Positions 48,101 to 60,935 of a stretch of 64,000 nt of DNA are shown here, in pieces. Position 1 is the stretch's first letter. Every line of letters begins with the position of its first letter. This DNA comes from Amoebophrya sp. A120. Its lineage: Eukaryota > Protista > Dinoflagellata. The stretch lies in NCBI GenBank assembly GCA_905178155.1, contig CAJINV010000007.1, forward strand, positions 2,399,151-2,463,150. The letters run 5' to 3'. The notes below the pieces were generated by a model. That model was given only the letters and a program-made list of their open reading frames with translations. It had not been told where the DNA came from and ran no database searches. Made by a program: the position numbers and the translations under genes.

Positions 48101-51100
48101 ATCAAGCCCAGGAGTAGCTGCGGCGCGATGACCATGTACGCCATGTACACGATCTCGAAGAACAATACGATGAGAATCTGGAAGATCGCCTGCTGTCGCT
48201 GCAGCTGTGAGGAGATCGCGGGAATGCTGAAAATGACCGCATAGATCGCGACGGCGAGGAAGAGAAACAGGGTGAACTGCTCGTTGAACTTGTACTGCAC
48301 CGGGGTCGGGTACAGAATCTTCCGAATCATCTCCCCCTTGGTCGTCGCGGTCCCCGTCTGCACCACAATTCCGATAGCCTGCAACGGGTGCGACTCGAAG
48401 TCGAGAGGGTCAAGAACATCCTGCGCAGGAGGAAGAGGAACATCTTCACCCCGCTCCTCTGTTGTAGAAGATGAAAGGGGGCGTGATTGTGATACTATTT
48501 CGCTCGTTGCTGTGGGTCTGTCGCTGTCCATTTTGATTTTTTCACCATCCGAGGCTGCTGTAAAGGTTTTCTTCTTCTCATCTGCAGTTGTAGAGTCGAA
48601 TGCAAGAACGGCAGAAGAGCTGCTTTTAATCGGGTTGATGCTTTTATTGGCGGAACCAGGACGAGCTGCCTCGGCAGCACTAGCTTTTCCCGACCCGACC
48701 GACTGCAGCACGGTGGTACCGCAGTACAGGTAGTGTTTTTTTCCGTGCCGACTCAGCTGCAGCTTCTCTCCCGGGTTGCCGGCCTCGATAGGAAATTTCG
48801 AAACGGGCATGGGTTCCCCGGTCAAATCGGCCTCGTTCAGCAACGCGTAGCCCTCCAGCAGCAGCGCGTCGCACGGCATAGAGGAATTGTCGGGAATTTC
48901 GAAGATGTCCCCGGGGACTAGCTGCGACGAAGAGATAACGCACCACTTCGCTGGCGAGTCTTTCTCAAGAACATCAATTTCCTCGGGATCTTCATACCGT
49001 GCAACTGGCCCGTTGAAGTTGTCCATTCGTTCTGTGCCATTTTCCATCAACATTTGGTAACTTTGCATCCGCTCTTGCTTTCTTTCGCTCCTACTTCTTC
49101 CTCTTATTCCGTAATCGTACTCCAGGGCAGCTTCGCCCTCGCCGATCGGCGTTCGGCCGTCGGTATTTTTATTTTTAAAAATCGGTCTCCTGGTCGCCTT
49201 GTGGAAGTACAGATTACTGTTTCCTTCGTCATCTGCTTCGTCGTCGCTGTTGTTTGAAGTCGCAATGGTCGCCTGGCTTGCACGGTTCCTGGTTTGACTG
49301 TGAGCTACAGTTCTTGTGCTCCTCCGCCGATCGCCGTCGCGATCTTCTACGAACTCTAGCCGTTCCCTGTCATGGTGAAGGAGTTGGTGATGTTCTTCTT
49401 GTTTATCATCAGTGAGATGAAGAAATGCTGCTTCTCCTTCATTCGTTACAGGACGACCACCTCCAGAACGAGGGCGCCGAAAAGGAGGACCTTGAAGATC
49501 ATCATCAGGGGAGATGAACGCGACCCCACCAGCAGCGCCCCGTCCACCCGCCACACTTGACGTTGCGCTGGTCCGGACCAAGACCGTAGTCCGCCGGGTT
49601 TCTTCCACGCCCAACTGCCCCTCGGGCGTTCCGCGGCGGAGAACCCTGAGGGGGATGTTGGTCAGCGTCGCCGCTTCTTCGATCTGTTTCATCGCCAACT
49701 GCTTGGACCGGGAGACGAAATAGAGCTGCAGCAGGAACAAAAAGATCGACCACGCGGTGAAGGGAATTCCAGAATCGAACGCGGTCGCCACATTCCGCAT
49801 GATCTGCCACACGTTCAAGATCAGACACACCTCGCGGGCGACCCACATGAGAAAGCCCGGCACGACGATTTCGATGCTGTTGGTGCCCCGTAACAGGCGG
49901 TCGTACCGGGCCTGCTGCGTGGTCAAAGGGTTTTCGAACATGTTTGTCCTCAACTCCTCTAACGTCGACTCCGTGACCGGGTTCCGCGGCTCCAGAAACA
50001 CCCCCGCATTGTAAGGGTTGTGCGCTGCTGTCGCACTGGCGTACATCAGCTTGGTGCACTGGAAGTGGATAAATTTTCCCTCCGACGTCGTTTCTATGCT
50101 GCAGTTCTCCATCACGCGCGAGCTCACAAAGTCCTTGTCCAGGGCGGAGCTGCTGCTGCTGGCGCGGGACGAGAAGGACGTTGTGGCGGAGGACCGGGTC
50201 CTCCGCTTATGTGTCTGGTCGTCCACGACCACGTCCTCGGCAGCAAGAACTCCGCCTGCTGTATCAGCAGCAGCTCTTCTTGTTGCTTTGCTGCTGTTCG
50301 CGAATTCGTCGTGGATGTCTGTCGCTTGTGGTGTCGCGCTTGAAGGTTGGTCTCTGGAATTTCGCGAAAGATTATCATCTTCCTCCTCATTCAGCAGCTG
50401 GCTCCTACTTCTTGCGACTAGTTGGGCGGGGGTCCCTGCGTCCTTTAGCTTTACTTCGACCGGGGAAGAAGTGCCGTGTTGGGAATTTGAAGAAGTAGTT
50501 CTCTCGAGGATGTTGCTAATACCACTTGTTGTTTTCTCGTCGTTCTCCGCTGCTGAAACAAGTGCAGCATCCTCGTCGCTTTTGTTCCTGCGATCATCGG
50601 TGGTTCGACTTGCGGTCCCCGCCGGCCTTGCGACCTGGTCGACGTGAGGGTCGGCACTCGCCGTCTGGGCAGGTTGGTTGTCGATCTCGCTGATAAGATA
50701 TGCAAGTGCAACACAACTACTGCTTCTACTGTTCCGCCATGTCAACATTTGAAGGTCGTGGGCTGCTGCATCCACAGTAACTACAAAATCAAAAGCACCT
50801 CCGTTGAATTTGTACATTCGATGCACCATCGACGACGAGAACTACTCAATAGAGAAAACTCCACCCGCCACGCAAGGTTGAGACTACAATGCTGGTTGTG
50901 GTTGGGCCTAATTGCCAGAATTATTTGCTGTTTAAGTTGGTACAACATTCATTTTGCATAACAACTTCCGAAGATGACCATCTCCACGATGAAGACGAGG
51001 GAAGCAAGTAGTTGCTCGTGCGTTCCCATACAGGAACCTCGATGATCCGTTCCTCGATGGAGACGTAGTCTGCCTCGGCCAGCACCACCTCCTTCATGCA

Positions 51101-52089
51101 CCAGTTGTAGAACTCTTTTCGGTAGGCCAAAAACGTCACCAGGGTGCAGAAGAACAGAATCCAGAAGACTACGAAGATGAACTTCAGGTTCAAATCTATC
51201 TCCGCGGAGGTCGGGGCACTACTCGTCAGCGCTGCAGCTCCCGTTGTTGCTGTTGAACTACTTGCACTCGAAGAAGCAGTGCCTCTTCTAGTGATTCCAC
51301 CAGCACCACCAGCGCAGGGCTGGTTGTCTGGCGGTTTTCCGGGCGCGTCTTCTGGCACCGCATCTGGATTACCAAACTCGTCTGCGACCGCCTCGTTGCA
51401 GCCCCCGAGGTTCCACCACGACTGCACGTAGTGCGACAGCAGGGTCGGGAACGACTTGTTTAGTTGCATCACGAAGAGCTGCGAACCGAGGTACACGAGA
51501 AATAACAGCACGGAGATGCGCAGCAGCTGCCCGTTCCAGGTCTTCTTGTAGCCCCGCTGCAGCAACACCTGCTTGCGGTACGTGCCGGGGGTCCGTCCCA
51601 ATTCCGCGATCTCCGACGAGATCTCAACCGCGTGCTCATGTTGCTGCTCCTTCGGGATCGTGAACAGGCTGCGAACCACAATGTAACGGAGAAGGGCGGG
51701 GAGGCACCCGGCAAAGATGAAGAGAAGGTAGAGGACAATCCTGTACGGTTTGTATATGAAGTTTGCATTCGCTCGTTACCCGCTTCAGCACCTCATCTGG
51801 AAAGTGATGTGCCTTTGACTAAAAGTGATCTCAAATTTCACAGGGATCATCACTGCAAAGTCTGGAATTCAATATCGACGTCCTCGTCACAAACGCAGCC
51901 TAAGGATAAGCCGTTGCAATTCTTCTTCTCACAAGAGACAAAGAACGAAATCATCAAATAAGTACCATCCGTAGGCGAAAAAGTCGACGATAAATTCCCC
52001 GTCGGCACGGTAAGCTCCTCTACTGGCCGTGTCAGGCGCTGGTGCGGCAGGCCGGTGAGAAGGTCCGCCCACGCCGCCGGAAAGAGCAT
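42124..52089 (-). CDS. P5-type (ATP13A-like) cation-transporting ATPase, about 3300 aa with large insertions; 5' end approximate
   Basis: LVPGDI, MPCDALL, NEADLTGE, CLDKTGTITEDG, RRFEFD, TKGSYD, MVTGDN, KVSPSGK and GMCGDGGNDCAAL. Upstream exons in ORFs 50921-51679 and 51850-52089 join through plausible GT-AG introns. Confidence 0.93.
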
Positions 52090-54644
52090 CGTCGGCTGTC
52101 ATCGCACGCAGTGCAGTCTTCAGGGTTGGAGACCACTCAAGGTGGTGTTTGGCTTGTCGTCCTTGAAACAATCGACAACAAGTGCTGCCCAAGAAGATGT
52201 CGTTAGAAAGGTGGCGATGATGTTGATGTCAAATTAATATTGTTTTTGTTGCTCCCCTCTAACTCTATTATTTCCCTTCGTCATGGACATGGTCACCGAC
52301 GTCGTGGAGCTGGAGGCCCCTCTCCGTATCACAATTACGTGCATGATTCTTCATTTTTTCAAGATCGCTGAGCAAGATATGCATCATGGTCGTATCTTCC
52401 GCAGAAGCGTGGGCAGTGTCAGTTGTAGATGAGAAAAAGCCACGCTCCGTCGTATTGACGAGTCAACTTGTAGAAATAGTGAAATGGCGAGTCTGAGTCA
52501 ACGATTTGTATGGCCACGTCAACTACTTACAGGGTGGCTACGTACAAAAACAAATCAAAAAGTACTACTCACTGAAGAGATACTAAATTATGACGAAGTG
52601 AAGGAAAAAAACAATAAATATAACTTCATGTTGACGATGTTGCAACTCGGATTGCGGCCTGGCTGACAAAATGATCGAGAACGAGATTATTTTTAATAGT
52701 TCACGACGAGAGGTTGGGGCTGCCAATCGGGCCAGGAACAGACTATTGCTATGCTACCCATGAGGAGCACGGCACTGGCCTTCCCAACAAGAATTTCACC
52801 CTCGTCCCCGACAAATGTTCACGATCCCGCCCTAACGAAGTGGGTGGAAATGGTCAACGCGATCATAATAAATGTACAATTTATGAGGATCTAAATCTAT
52901 GATCATTTGATACTAGATCGTTATCTTTGCAACTTCTTTCTGAGCCCGCCGAGTGCTTGCAAATGCAATGGCAATCAAAACGCACCCACCATTCATCAGA
53001 ATTTTCAGTGCCTCAGCAGCTTTCGATTTATTTCGGGGCTTCGCACTATTCTTTCTGTCAGTCTCGGTACATACCTGTTGTTGATCTCGTCTGATCACTA
53101 ACCAAAATTTCGTCAATGTACTATGACGAAATTCTTTTAGATACGTGAACCTTGTTGAACTCTCATTGGTCCATTCTTTTCCAGTGCCATTCGTCCTATC
53201 AACATCGACACATTAACATTATGGATCACTTTTTGCTTTTGATCATTACTCCATTCTAACTTTTACGGAGCCGTACGCGACAATACCTCTACCTACCGTA
53301 AGACGAATAGGGACGAACATGTTATTCACAAGTGACCGGAAAAGTCACCGCTTTTTGGTCAATGGTTACTTGTGCGCGGCATTTTTTTTCTTTCTCTTTC
53401 ATCTTCATAATCCAACTTTTATTTTCCGATTCAAATCTTGATTTTATTTTTGATTTTGGTACGCAAATAAACACTCGGTCGCGATTTGGATTTGGGCCTC
53501 GAGGCTGCTTCCACTTTGACAATATGATTAGAGTAAAATAAAAATATAGGCAAACGAGAAATAAAGATGAACAACAAGAAATGGCAATGCAGTAGCTTTT
53601 GCATCTGTCGTACTTTGATTTTGAAATTTCAAAAAAAAAAAGATTTGAGACGTGGTTTGGATCTTAATGTTAATATGCAAATTCATGGAGAACGAAGAAA
53701 CGGACAGGAAAAACGGACGTGAAAACAGACGGAAATAAGTTGGAGGAGGAGGACGGGGCTGATATCTTAAGTTAACCTAATTGAAAATGAAGTCATTCGG
53801 GATCATGTAAAAAGACCGATAGTGCGCGAAGTCACACTTTTGCACATGCCGTCCCAAAAGAATTCAACCGCACTACAGGGAACTAGGCGGAAGAGGAAAA
53901 AGAACTCGAGTATGTAGGGTCTCGCTTAATAAAACAAAAACAAAAAGCTTTTCTTAAAAAAACAAGGTCAAGGTGCCAGGTTATAAAAAGAAAAAAACGA
54001 GCCCGGTGAATAGGAGCACCACGAAAAAGAAAAAAGAAAAAGCCCCACACGCTCTCCCCCCCGCTGAGCTAGATGGGAAGTCGGAAACATTCAAAAAAGG
54101 AAAAATGGGCACAGTCTCTAGCGGGGCTATTTCAGCAACAAAAAAAAAGAGCGCGCGGAGAAGCTTGCTTATTTTGGTTTATTGAAAATAGAAAACATAA
54201 AGGTCAGTCGCGGGCAGAAGCCATCCCCGATGCATTTCATTCATGGCTAACGAAACAAACGGAGACGGACTGGAGGTGGAGCATCATGAGAGGAGCTACC
54301 ACTATTCCCATTCCCATTGTCAACTCGTCGCGTCCGGTTGAAATTGCACCAGTGTCATGATGATAGTTCTGGCAGTGTGCCCTTTGGCGGGCTGCTGCGT
54401 GCTGTTCCCTCCTCCAGCACTAGGACAGCTGACCCAGCATATTAAAAATTGGAATTTGAATTGCAAGAGTACATGAAGCGCATTGATTTTCTCACCATGA
54501 TGTATCGTGATTAGGACAACGTTGTAGCTGCGACACCACACTCAAAATCGTGTTTGAAATGGGGACCACGCTCTAGTAAAAACAAAAACATCAAAAAGGA
54601 TTTCATATTTTTGCTTGCTGTAATTCTAATTGTCGCAGAGTCAG

Positions 54645-57638
54645 TTAGCAACAGTTCTTGGTATTTTTCTGCTGGGCGCTCTGTTTCGTCGGATCTGCTG
54701 CTTGGTGTCCTTGTCCGCGTCTACTCCGCTGTTGAACTGGAGCAGCTGGGCCTTGTAAGGTTTGAGATTGTTGCGGACTCGTGCCGCTACGAAGAGGTGT
54801 GCTAGGACCTGCAGCAGGAGGTTCACGAGGTGCCGCAGCCGCTCGACGGGGTTGTGCGCCGGTCATATGCGTTGCAAAAGTATCGTGGTACTCGTACGCA
54901 TTGCAATATTGCATCTACCTTCTTTCTCCCCCGCGTTACAAACTTCGTTTTTGCTTCTGAAAATAAAAAAATTGTGTTGCAAATGCAATTAAATACCAGT
55001 TACACTTTTATATTATATTACTAAGTACACGACACTTTTGTAATGCATAAATGCTTTGCATGTGCGTCCCTGCCCCTGGTGAACCACCGGCCGGTGGTGG
55101 TGCAACCGCACGGCGCGCTCCTCCACCACCACCTCCTGGCTCTTGCGATTGAAGATTACTTCTGTGGTCGTGAGCGTGACTGGGATCATCGGCCGGAGTG
55201 TCGTCGACCGGACTTCTACTTTCCAAGCCAGACGCTGTTCCTCGTGCTCCTGGCTGCTGTGCCATAAGATCAGCTCCACGTGCTTCTCTGCCAGCACGGA
55301 TTTGTGAATCAAAACCCGGTGCAGCAACCTGATCGTCTGCTCCACCATCTCCAAAGCCAGCCGCTTTTGCCATTGCATCACCTTCAGGTGGCAACTGCAA
55401 GTCACCCTGCGCAGCAGGAAACTGCTTCCGCAGAACAACTTGGAACAAATCTTTACCTAAAAGGTTCCCGAGCACCTTTTCCAAATCCTCCTGCACTGGC
55501 GTCGAGATCGAATGCTGCGCAGGAACAGCGTGGTCAGTCGTCCTGGACTCGTTCTCGTCTAGGTACAAGGACTTGAATTTCCGGAATTGACGGGAAGGGT
55601 GCGTGACCCATTCCCGGTAAAGGGGCAGCGCAAGGACTTTCAGGGATGGATTCACAAGACCATTCTTCTCGAAGTCCCTGAACAAAAGCATTTCTTCTAC
55701 CACTTCGAGTAGCAAGGAAATTCCGAGTGCAGCATGGTGCGCCTCAAACACTTCAGCGGCAGCACTGCTCCGCTGAGATTCGCCTTTCTCGATCCAGAAA
55801 ATAGTTCTCCCCGTCTCCACGGCGGCCTTCAAGAGCATCTTTCCGCCTTGCCCATTTTCGCCGTACGAGCCGAAGAGTGTACTTGTGAGCAGGAGCTGCT
55901 CTGGCTTCAAGTGCTGGGACGGTGGCTTGAGGAGCTCGAGCTCCATCATTATCGGAGCGATCACATCTTTGAAGCCCCCTTTCAGTCCGGTACCGGATTC
56001 ATAATAATTTTCAAACAAGTTCGTTGCCGCTAGTGGTGCTGGTCCTCCTCCATCTTCGTCGCTCCTCGGAAAAAGTACCTCTTCCGCTACTTGTCCAGTG
56101 TATTGGTCCGCCAGAAGCATGCCTCCTAAGCGGTAAACCAAGTTGATGTCCTCGATCGAAAAAAAGGCACACACATTTGGAAAGACGTCAGCGAGCGTCT
56201 TCTTCTTTATCACATCGACTATGACATCCAAACCATGCGGCATTTCTTCTATATCTTGCAAGCCGAGTGTGGCTTCCAAGGTCTCTTTGCTTCGGCACAT
56301 CGACCGGATGTCTTCGTCAGATGCACCATCGGCGTGGGCTAGTCCTTCTGCAACTGCAGCTCTGTCATGTTTCTGTTGCGTCCGCGTGCGGCCGCCGTCC
56401 TTGGACGACAACGACAGCCCAGCCATCTGCTCTGCGCCAGTCATCTGATGATCCCGTATTCGGCCCTGCTGTACTTCCCCTCCACCACGGGAAACTGCAG
56501 CAGTTCCCTGCGGTTTCTCGGAGTTCTTCATGGAGTGATCCTGACGACTAGCAGGGGCAGCTGCTCCAGCGATACTGCCATTTTCCAGTAGCTCCAGCAG
56601 CACGGAATGCGCTCTGTCGGCGGAAGTTGTCGCGGAGTCCGAACCGGACTCCGTTCCAGGCGCATCAGCTTCAAGAATCCCGAAAAGCTGTTCGCGCAAG
56701 AAATCTTGTGCATTTTTGGCATCTTTTTGTTGAATTTCGTGCAACACGTGCTCTTTCCCTCCTGCGACAACCTCCCTCACGGGCGTCGCGAGTGCACCAT
56801 CAAGCAGAGAAGGAAGCTGGTTCACGATCGGAGAAGGAAGGTCAAAGCGCAGTTGTCCGATCCATTGTTGTAAGCGCTCTAACTCCCTCTCCTTTATCTT
56901 CTGCATCATTTTACGATTCACAGCGTCGAGTCCCAGAACAAGCTTAGCCTCGATTGAGACAAGACTCTGCTTCGTCGAAGAGACACTACTACCACGGGCT
57001 TCGTTTGATGTGCTGGGTGGAACAAGGGCAGAGGACTCCGCGTGGCCCACAGCAAGGACTTCTCGTGTCAGTATGTCGCTGTTCTCGGCCAACAGAATGC
57101 TTTCGAGGAGATGTGGAAGATAAACCGTCGAGGGCGGACGCGAAGTCCACACATCAGATTTCGGTAGGAACTGTTCGATGAAGTCCACCAAAGGTTGCCC
57201 TGCTGGTTGATTGTATCCATCGAAAATCGTGGTCTCTCCTACTTCCCCTGTTTTTTCTTTCGCGCGGAGTGCCCCTGCCAGGGCCGACACCTTCAGGGCA
57301 TTACCGTCACCGTTGTCCAAAAGGTAAGCACAGGAAAGAGGAATGACACGATTTATTGTGGCATCCTTGAGCTCAGGCGGAACGGGAAGCTGAGTAACGA
57401 GCATACCAACTAAGCCCCCGCTTGCCTGAACCACTTCAAACGCTTTCGTTTTTTCGCACTCTTTTCGGATGGGGCCCAACCAGTCTTGATGAGCCTCCTC
57501 CTGCTCCACTCGGCTGGGGAGATGTTCACGTTCATCTTCCCCTTTTGCATCTCCCTTAGCGCCGCCCTCCTCCAACCGCCGTATGTCCAGCAGAACTGAG
57601 ACGACAAAATCAACAAAGACAAACTCGGGAAAACGCAA
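54645..57638 (-). CDS. Hypothetical protein (>900 aa), ending ..KNCC; 5' end uncertain
   Basis: 876-aa ORF that joins ORF 54645-54914 in frame after removal of element 54866-55049 plus 5 nt. Confidence 0.7.
54866..55049. mobile_element. Introner with clear TIR but no surviving direct repeat
   Basis: TATGCGTTGCAAAAGTATCGTGGTACT / AGTACACGACACTTTTGTAATGCATA; flanks GGTCA and AATGC differ. Confidence 0.8.
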
Positions 57639-58654
57639 TAAATATATTCATACATACTGTCTGTTGTATCTCATCACCATACCGAAATCGCAACGCGACA
57701 CCGGGAGATCCCGACGGATACGAATTGTAGTGTGAGAATACATGACTCTGCCTGTATGCATTCCTATCTAGCAAGAGAAATTATGACCATCTCAAAAATG
57801 AAATGAAGATTGTCGGACACATAAACCCACGTCCGGAGTGTAGTAGACGTGTCGTCTGGGTTTCCAGAGCTTGTCATGCAGGCCAAAAGGCGAAGGCACA
57901 AACAGGATTTGGCGAGGCGTTTTATTGCATCATTTCCATTACAACAAATAAGGGGGAGAGGGACGAGCTGCGCACTCGCACTCCTGTCATAAATAACCGA
58001 TCCTACTGTTGGTGATGTTAAAACCGACCCCAAGGTGCAAAGCCTTCCCTTAACACCATTTGAACCAGATCGGCGGGAATTTCGCAGGCTACCGGCGCAT
58101 GTCGATAGCTCGGTGTCGGGCACTAAAAAAAATATCATCTACCCGCCACAGTAGATGAGGGGCTTCTTGCTCAATTATGACTTGGATGCAGCTTCGGCCT
58201 GCGTTTTCTAGCGGGAATAGAACCAAAACTGCGCCCGTCAACAAAACCAAGCGAAGAAGGGGGAGCGGGGAATGAAGAAGAAAAAAATTTGCGGCGGCTT
58301 TCAAACCGAGACTTTTTTATTCCATGGACTGAGTTTTCTCGACGGCTTTCGACAGCTCTTTTGGTTTTCCTCATGTATCAATCTGCTTTCAGAGATTAAT
58401 CCGCTTTCTTTTCAGTTTTCCAGCGCCGGTGGAGTGATCGGGAGCTTTTTTTGCCATGGCGGCGGGACGATTTTTTGCCGCCGCAAATTTGGTCGGGTGA
58501 AAATCGAAAAAAGATCGCGGGCAGGAGCGTGCGAGAGTTTTCGAGCCACATCTCCAATGGTCCGCGGATATACAGATTCTAACGTGGTCTCTGGCTTCCA
58601 TAGGCAAAGGCATACATGCATGATACATCAAACTCAAAGCCAAAGCCAAAGGTG

Positions 58655-60935
58655 CTACAGAATATATATTTCTATTTTGTTGTTTCCCGATTTTACGGAT
58701 TTTGATGCTATCAGAGGTGTCAACACATAGTCCAGGGGTTGGGGTAGCGGTTCCGCCTCCTGCACATCTTCCGGCAGCGGCGCCAAGAACTGCACTTCAT
58801 GAAGATCAGTACTTGCAGCTGATTCCCCTCCCCAACAATTTGGAAATCCAAGCACGAGCTTCTCGTGCAGAAAACTTGAAGCAAACGATGACGTCGCGTA
58901 CGGTGTTATCCCGCGTTTCCAGTCTTCAAAATCTTGATCCTGGTCTAGCCTCTCTTCATTAGGAATCCGTTGCAAAAACGCCCTCACTCACCTAGCACAA
59001 TGGATGTGCGTGAAACGTTTGTCATCTTGTAATGTAAAAATAAAATGCAAAACCAAGAATGTTGTTGTATAAAAATATAAAAATTCGCATCCTCCAACAT
59101 GTGGCCTGTCTTGCATGAAGCCTTTTCCTTTATCTCTACTACTCCTACAATCCGCTACTTCCGCGCGCACGTCTGCAAAACAAATGCTTCGTGGCAAGGA
59201 CAAATTCACATAGGATATCCGGGTCGTCCATGCGCTGGAGAAAGTCCTCGTCGTCCAAATCTGCTCCGTCAAATCTTTCGTCGTCGTCCTCCACTGGGTC
59301 TGGCATTTGGCGACGCATGTTTTCGCTTTGCGGGCTTTTCGACGCGTTGATTATCCGGTCCGCAACAGCTTCGGAGTTGACGCTGCGGCCCACGGGAGGC
59401 GCGTTTTGTGCTGCGCCGCTTGTTGCTCTTTGACTTCTGGAAGTCGTGCCCGCTGCCCGTGCCCTCGACTTTCTCGTGCTGCTGCTGGCGGATTCAGTTC
59501 TTCGCACAGGAGGTTCTACTTCTAAAAAATCGTATTCTGGCGCTCCCTCCCGTTCTTCAAACTCATCTTCGAGGAAAGGCGCCGCATTTGTTGTAGTTTT
59601 TGTTGTTTCTCTTTCTTCCACGTGCGCATTTGTAGCTTCTTGTCCCTTGTCTGCACACTGACCAGAGGCGCATTTGTTCAGGCCGTCCAACGTTGTGTCG
59701 AGAAAACTCGAAGCGAACGACGATTTCTTGAAGGGAGTGGTTCTGCGTTGCGATTCTTCAAACTCTCGATCCTGGTCGAGCCCTTCCTCATCCGGGTCAT
59801 CCATTTGCTCGAGGAAGGGTTCGTCCGGGTCGAGGTTCAGGTTCGGTTTCCCGTAATCCACCGGGTCTTCCATGATTTGGCGGACAGAGGCTCGTTGCAG
59901 TTGCTGCGAGGGGTTCAATTTCCGGTCCGCCGCTAGGGTTGTAGGCGAAACTGCAACTCCTGCTGCAACATCTGAAGCCGGTTTGCTGACCGGCGTCGAG
60001 GTTCTCGTGGCCTGGGGTGCTAAATGGGGACGAGCTTGCTTACCTTTCTTGGTAGTGCTACAATTTCTGCCATGTTCGCACTCCGCTGCTGCTCCATCAA
60101 TTTCTCTGCCGCTGGTGTCGCTCTCAAGCGGGACGAGAGTTTCTTGTGCGGTCTGGAAGGGGTCTTCAATCCCGAAGAACAAAAACCACTCTTCGACCTC
60201 CGTCAGACTCAAAAAGCCGGCGTGGTACACCACGCAAGTAGCAACGGCGAAAAGAAGCAGAAGCAGAAATAGCCCAGTAATGCAGCGTAGCGCAAACAAG
60301 CCTACCGAACGGCATCCGAAATGCTGTTTTGCTAGTTTCGAAGCTGGCGGCGATTTTGTACTTCTGTGCGTTCGGTGTCGATGTTGATGATCTCCGCGAG
60401 ACTTTCGTCCTCTCGTGGTAGGGGTGCTGGTGTTGGTTCCAACATCTTCCTGCTGGTCCTTCGCTGCGAGTCGCGACGTCGTGGAGGTCCACCTATCGCT
60501 GGTGTTGCTCCGCTCTACTTCGGTACGAGGAGGACCTTTAGGAGCAAGGGCTGGACTAGTAGCATTGATCTGTTCGTCCTCTGTCGCGGAAGACATCTGT
60601 TCGCTGGACGAAAATTCATCGATGAGTATCCCCTGAAACTCGACGCCTGGTGCTGTTTGCTGCGCCGGTGAAGGTAACATGCGTCCACACGAAGAACGAG
60701 GGTCAGGCGGTTCATCACAGACAGCACAGTCCGTCGCAGCTGCAACTTTCTTCAAGAGTGGAGCTGCCACCTCGTCGTCCTCCGCCATGACGACAGGACG
60801 AAGCCCTTGATCAGGGTCAGGCGGTTCAGCACAATCCGTCGCGGCTCCCACTTTTTTCAAGAGATGAGGAGCTGCCGCGTCATCCTCCATCATGACGACA
60901 GGACGAGGCCCTTGATAATTGGCGCCACTACTCAT
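58655..60935 (-). CDS. Hypothetical single-pass membrane protein with internal repeats; 3' exons unresolved
   Basis: 596-aa ATG ORF with TM segment (ITGLFLLLLLFAVATCVV) and an N-terminal duplicated unit of about 35 aa. The motif FL.R/QM..P.EE.LDQD..FE....TP...SSFASSFL recurs in ORF 58655-58987. Confidence 0.65.
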
